A stretch of 64,000 nt of DNA from Candidatus Obscuribacteraceae bacterium. Its GTDB lineage: Bacteria > Cyanobacteriota > Vampirovibrionia > Obscuribacterales > Obscuribacteraceae. The stretch spans positions 783,371-847,370 of the forward strand of contig JBGAHS010000004.1 of assembly GCA_044226015.1 (NCBI GenBank), given 5' to 3'. Under the pieces are notes generated by a model. It was not told where the DNA came from, did no database searches, and was given only the letters and a program-made list of their open reading frames with translations. This document shows positions 59,298-64,000 of this stretch, in pieces. A program made the translations under genes and the position numbers. Position 1 is the first letter of the stretch. Each line of letters opens with the position of its first letter.

Positions 59298-62200
59298 ATG
59301 AACGAAAAGCCATCAAAAGAAAGAGATCGCAAATTTTTGAAGAAACCTCCGAGTGTTGCCTCGCTAGCCGAATATAGGGAACTTATGGCGGCTAAGGTGT
59401 CAAGGGCTGCTGGTTCTAAGATGGATGACATGTCCACTCGACTGGTGTTAACTGCGTCTCTTACTGATACCGAGGATGGTGGTGCAACGCAGGATGCGGC
59501 AGTGAGCATTGGACAAAAGGCAATCGCTGAATTAGCAAGAGCGCTCAAGTACGACGTCGATTTAATCTATGAATGGATCTACTCGAACGTAGAATTTACT
59601 GCAATGATGGGATCTCACAAAGGGGCATTTGCGACCTCCATAGACAAAGCTGGCGGTGCTTTCGATCAGTCTGCTTTGATGGTTGCCCTTCTGCGGGAGT
59701 CCGGATACGAGGCACGCTTCGTGCTCGGCACTGTCAGGCACTATTATGAGAATATGCAGAATTGGTTGGGCACCAAGGAAGAAGTAGATTTACGTCCAAG
59801 CGCGAGCATTCTTGGGACCGGATTTATCCCTTTTGTGGAATATCTAGTCGATGGAAAACTGTCATATTTGGATATGGGTCACTGTTGGGTTCAAGTAAGA
59901 ATAGATGGTACTGACTATGTGTTCGACCCTTCATACAAGCAATACAATTTCACAGAGAGTCTGATCACTGATTGGAATGGCGTTCTGGATTTTGATCTCG
60001 GAGAATTGAGAGACACCGCTTTGGATGGTGCAACTCTCGGAGACCCATACATTCAGGATCTGAACGTAGATGGTATCAAAGGACTCTTGGCAGGATATGC
60101 CGTCAACCTGCTTGACTGGATCAATACTGAGAAGTTTGACGCGTCTATGGCGGACATTATTGGTGGAAAAATTCTCATACCTTTATCCGGCACGCCGGTA
60201 AGGCAAACATCTCTTCCATACCAAACAGCGGAGGAGATTACCGTAGTAAGTGAGATTCCAGATGAGTTTCGCTGTACATGCCGGGTGGAAATTGGTGGCA
60301 TTGATGAAACACTCTTCACTGACGAAATTAGCGGAAGGCGGCTTTCCATTACGTTTAATGATTCCAATGCACCAGTGTTGAAGCTTGATGGAACAGGCTT
60401 GGCTGTGGGTGAGCCAGCAACGCCCGATTCCGAAATCGACATCAATATTTCAATAGCTCATCCTTTTCCGTTTGACATCAGAGACCAGTCAGGCACCTTT
60501 AAGCTCTATATCGATCAAGCTGGTGTTTCAGTGATAGACATGAATTATGGCAGTTCCAATAGTCTCGCGATGGTCGATTTTCATCGATTGCTAATGCAGA
60601 CCAATTCTCAAAATGGAAATGACGCTGCATCTGAGCCTGTTATGGGTGAGTCTTTGATTACCTACAGGGCGATGCATAGCTCCCAACTTGGTTTGCTATC
60701 GAACATTGCTGTTCAGCAGAAAGTTGCATTTCTCCATAACTTCCATGAGGGTGGCATCGTTCGATTTGATTCTCAAACAAAAGGACCAAAATTTGATTTG
60801 GGGTTAAATGTGCACAACGCCTACAGCAGAACGACGCCCCCCGACGATCTAGAAGATACACCACTACTTTTTATGGTTCAAAGCACTCTGGCAAGTGGTC
60901 TAGAAGGGGGCATCTTCCAACAAAGTTTTGGAGACCCCGGAATTTCTGGAGTGAAACTAATCAATAAGGCTATTGAGATAGGACAGAAAATCTACCTTGC
61001 AAACATAGGTGACTGGTCTGAGGTTCTTGCAGACCAATTGCTCGCCGGCGGATGGAGTTCAGACACGGTCGATTACTTTGCTGCGCAAGTTATATCTCAA
61101 ACCGCTAACATTATTGTCCATGAATCCCCTGGAATCGAAATAGAGGAGTATGTAGGCGAAGGATGGTTGAATGAAAGTGACTTGGGATTTAGCGCCATAA
61201 TACGAGGAGGTCTGTCGGGTGGGGCTAATGCGAATGTAAAGAACCCCGGACAAACAGTAAAAGCGGCAAAAAACAATCCTCGGAGCTCATTTGCTGGCTA
61301 CGCAGGACCTGGTGCCGCTCCTCTATCACCAGATCCCGTAAGCCTTTTTTCTGGCGCTGCCCTATATGGAAAATCAGACATCACTGTGGGCAGCTCTACT
61401 TTTCCGTATACGTTAGAGTTTGCGCGAACATACAACTCTGATTTGAGGTTTGTGGATGGTCCACTTGGGCTTGGCTGGACGCACAACTTAGCCACAAATA
61501 TTGCGTTTGCTAGCAATGGTGCCCGAGCTGCGGGAGAGCTTTCGCCAAAAGATGCTGCAATTGCAATAGCTGTTATCTATGCAATGAACAACCTGAACCT
61601 ACCGTACTATGTAGAGTTTACCGATGCGCTGATATCGATCGTTGCAACACAGTGGATAATCGATGGATCGACGGGAAATGCTGTGATCGTTAACGACGTT
61701 TCCAACGCGTCAACCTTCATCAAATTGCCTCAAGCCTATGGAGCGGTCACTGCACCGAATTACAATCCTGCACCCGGTTATGCGAATGTGCTCATTAACA
61801 ACCTGGACGGAACTTACGCTTTGCAGTCGCCACAAAGGCTGGTCTGGAATTTTGATGATGAAGGCAAGATAACTACTTACGAAGATCCGGCTGGTGTCAC
61901 CGTTACTTACAGCTATGAAGACGGGCTACTGACCTCGGTTTCTAATGGTCTTGGAAGAGAGTTGACGCTGTCATACGACGAGGATAATAAGCTAAGTGAG
62001 GTCTCGACCGGAGTTGATCGATCAATAGTTTTCGCTGTTACCTCCAACCTTACTGCTGTAACTGACACCACTGGAGCGACTACGACATACACCTATGCTG
62101 AGCCGGGGCAGATGGCGCAAATATTCCTTCCTGCCAATCCGCTCGTTTCGGTGATGAACAATTCTTACGACTCTCAAGGAAGAGTCAAATCCCAGTCGGG

Positions 62201-64000
62201 GTCCAACAGCGGAGAGTCCCAATTTTACTTCGGCGGCTCTAGAGCTGAAGAAGTAGATCCTCTGGGAAATCAGCACGTAATGTATTACAACTCTTATGGC
62301 TCTCTGATACAAGATATCAATGCTCTTGGACAGAAGACAGTGTATGAACGCGATGGTTTGAATCGCCAAACGAAAGTCACATTGCCTGAGCTGAATTCGA
62401 CAGAGTTTGTCTACGACAACAATAATAACATCCTGTTCGTAACCAATCTTCCAAAGCCCGGCGCCCCGTTAGATGCCATTGTTGTGTCGATGGAGTACGA
62501 CCCAGACTGGAACAAACAATCTTCTTACACAGATGGCAATGGAAACACAACGACATTCGAATATGACGAGACTCAAGGGACTCTGCTCACGATAACCCGA
62601 CCTGAAGTAGACTCGGAAACTCCGATCGTGACTTTCACCTACAACGCTAGAGGGCAGGTTCTCACACGGACAGATGAAACTGGAATAGTCGATAAATTTG
62701 AATATGATACTGCCACCGAAGTGCTGCAGAATTCAATTCACGACTTTGGCACTGGGCAGCTCAATCTCACTTCGTCCTTTGGCTACGACGACATTGGAAA
62801 TGCCACGAGCGTTACGGATCCGAACGGAAATACCACGAGCTTTGATTTTGATAACGAGCGCAGAATGATTCAGCAGACGGATCCTTCGCCATTTGGTTTT
62901 GTCACAAACTGGGATTACGACGAGAACGGGTGGAGAATCGCCTTAGAAAAGCAGACTGGTGATGAGACAAATCCCTTTCAAACATGGCAATGGATCTACC
63001 AGGAGAATGGCTCGGTAAAATCGACAATTGACCCAGCGAACAATGCCACCACTTTTGAATACAACACAAACAACTGGTTAACAAAACGAACTGACGCTGA
63101 GAATCGAGTCTGGTCCTACATCTACGATGAACTAGGCAGAATCAGTACCGTGACCGACCCGCTCTTGCAGATTTCAGAAACACGCACCTACACAGAGAAC
63201 GGCTTACTTGCGTCGCTAACAGACGCAAACTCCAATACGACAAGCTATGAGTTTGACGGTTTCGACCGCCTCGACAAGAGAATCTATCCAGATGGCACGT
63301 TCGAACAGAATTCTGTTTATGACGACAATGGAAATGTGCTCAGCTATGTAACGCGTGCTGGCAGTGTAGATGTGTCGCCGAGCCCTGGCGACATAATTGT
63401 GAGCAGCTTTGACCCGCTCAACCGGCTAAGCACCAAGCAGCCGGGATCGCTGGCTTTGCAGACCATGACCTATGATTTGGCAGGTAGATTGCTGAATATC
63501 AACACGCCGACAGATCCAGATGACCCTACCAGTGGTGACTATGGCTACGATTATGATTCGGCAGGAAGGCTGATAGAGCAGACCATGCCCGATGCGAAGG
63601 CTGTTGGTTACGAACTGGACGACAACGGCAACAGGACGAAGCTAATTTATCCTGATGGATATTATGCATCCTATTTTTACGATGAGTTGAACCGTCTCAC
63701 TGACATCAAGCTCAACGGAAGCAGCACGGCAGCTGTTCATTTTGATTACGATGATCTCTCAAGGCGAACTCTGGTTACCTATGAAAATGGCTGCACATGC
63801 GACTATGCATACGCAATCAATGATGATTTGACTGCACTGAATCAAGAGTTCACCGGAAGCGCTGTGAATTATGGTTACAGTTACAACAAAGTGCACCAGG
63901 CGATTGCCATGTCTTGCAGTAACAAGGCTTTCATTTCGACCCCAGGTGCATCTGCCACCACGGTGTATTCCGCTGCGAACAACCTCAATCAGTACCCCAC
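59298..64000 (+). CDS. Rhs/YD-repeat protein with N-terminal transglutaminase-like and DUF6531-like domains (3' end beyond the window)
   Basis: Manual translation from ATG 59298: IAELARALKYDVDLIYEWI...GGAFDQSALMVALLRESG...HCWVQV..YVFDPS, then DPVSLFSG...LEFARTYNS...GPLGLGWTHN, then many YD repeats. Read codon by codon to ~61380, spot-checked afterwards, and still in frame at the end (AANNLNQYP). Not in the ORF track. Confidence 0.93.
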   Translation, partial: MNEKPSKERDRKFLKKPPSVASLAEYRELMAAKVSRAAGSKMDDMSTRLVLTASLTDTEDGGATQDAAVSIGQKAIAELARALKYDVDLIYEWIYSNVEFTAMMGSHKGAFATSIDKAGGAFDQSALMVALLRESGYEARFVLGTVRHYYENMQNWLGTKEEVDLRPSASILGTGFIPFVEYLVDGKLSYLDMGHCWVQVRIDGTDYVFDPSYKQYNFTESLITDWNGVLDFDLGELRDTALDGATLGDPYIQDLNVDGIKGLLAGYAVNLLDWINTEKFDASMADIIGGKILIPLSGTPVRQTSLPYQTAEEITVVSEIPDEFRCTCRVEIGGIDETLFTDEISGRRLSITFNDSNAPVLKLDGTGLAVGEPATPDSEIDINISIAHPFPFDIRDQSGTFKLYIDQAGVSVIDMNYGSSNSLAMVDFHRLLMQTNSQNGNDAASEPVMGESLITYRAMHSSQLGLLSNIAVQQKVAFLHNFHEGGIVRFDSQTKGPKFDLGLNVHNAYSRTTPPDDLEDTPLLFMVQSTLASGLEGGIFQQSFGDPGISGVKLINKAIEIGQKIYLANIGDWSEVLADQLLAGGWSSDTVDYFAAQVISQTANIIVHESPGIEIEEYVGEGWLNESDLGFSAIIRGGLSGGANANVKNPGQTVKAAKNNPRSSFAGYAGPGAAPLSPDPVSLFSGAALYGKSDITVGSSTFPYTLEFARTYNSDLRFVDGPLGLGWTHNLATNIAFASNGARAAGELSPKDAAIAIAVIYAMNNLNLPYYVEFTDALISIVATQWIIDGSTGNAVIVNDVSNASTFIKLPQAYGAVTAPNYNPAPGYANVLINNLDGTYALQSPQRLVWNFDDEGKITTYEDPAGVTVTYSYEDGLLTSVSNGLGRELTLSYDEDNKLSEVSTGVDRSIVFAVTSNLTAVTDTTGATTTYTYAEPGQMAQIFLPANPLVSVMNNSYDSQGRVKSQSGSNSGESQFYFGGSRAEEVDPLGNQHVMYYNSYGSLIQDINALGQKTVYERDGLNRQTKVTLPELNSTEFVYDNNNNILFVTNLPKPGAPLDAIVVSMEYDPDWNKQSSYTDGNGNTTTFEYDETQGTLLTITRPEVDSETPIVTFTYNARGQVLTRTDETGIVDKFEYDTATEVLQNSIHDFGTGQLNLTSSFGYDDIGNATSVTDPNGNTTSFDFDNERRMIQQTDPSPFGFVTNWDYDENGWRIALEKQTGDETNPFQTWQWIYQENGSVKSTIDPANNATTFEYNTNNWLTKRTDAENRVWSYIYDELGRISTVTDPLLQISETRTYTENGLLASLTDANSNTTSYEFDGFDRLDKRIYPDGTFEQNSVYDDNGNVLSYVTRAGSVDVSPSPGDIIVSSFDPLNRLSTKQPGSLALQTMTYDLAGRLLNINTPTDPDDPTSGDYGYDYDSAGRLIEQTMPDAKAVGYELDDNGNRTKLIYPDGYYASYFYDELNRLTDIKLNGSSTAAVHFDYDDLSRRTLVTYENGCTCDYAYAINDDLTALNQEFTGSAVNYGYSYNKVHQAIAMSCSNKAFISTPGASATTVYSAANNLNQYP

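Noticed and set aside
59279..63084. Short minus-strand ORFs in the final 5 kb
   Set aside because: Antisense to the continuous Rhs reading frame.

Overview
Bacterial chromosomal window. It is inferred to come from a non-photosynthetic Cyanobacteria relative (Vampirovibrionia/Melainabacteria, Obscuribacterales-like), judged from cyanobacterial-style PurA and ribosomal proteins among many TPR, Gly-rich and pilin-like orphan proteins; this placement was not verified by a search. Housekeeping genes: purA (partial), holB, a class II J-protein, agmatinase, and the rpmG-tRNA-Trp-secE-nusG-rplK-rplA cluster. Accessory genes: a TadE-like pseudopilin, a soluble HisKA_3/NarL two-component pair, patatin, a double-domain aspartyl protease, a Ser/Thr kinase, two convergent paralogous VirB6/TrbL-like membrane proteins, tandem MFS-spermidine-synthase-TPR fusions, an AtxE2-like S9 peptidase, a SulP-STAS-USP-USP fusion, a ~3070-aa Gly-rich exoprotein, and a transglutaminase-like/Rhs protein that runs off the end. 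purA, rpmG, tRNA-Trp and the Rhs gene are absent from the ORF track and were read by hand. The strongest novel signals are (1) the VirB6-like pair, which shares a 35-bp upstream box (29/35 identical) and has no other T4SS genes in the window, and (2) an unnamed ~140-aa domain shared by a stand-alone protein and the input region of the neighbouring histidine kinase. No CRISPR array, rRNA, transposase or integrase was seen.
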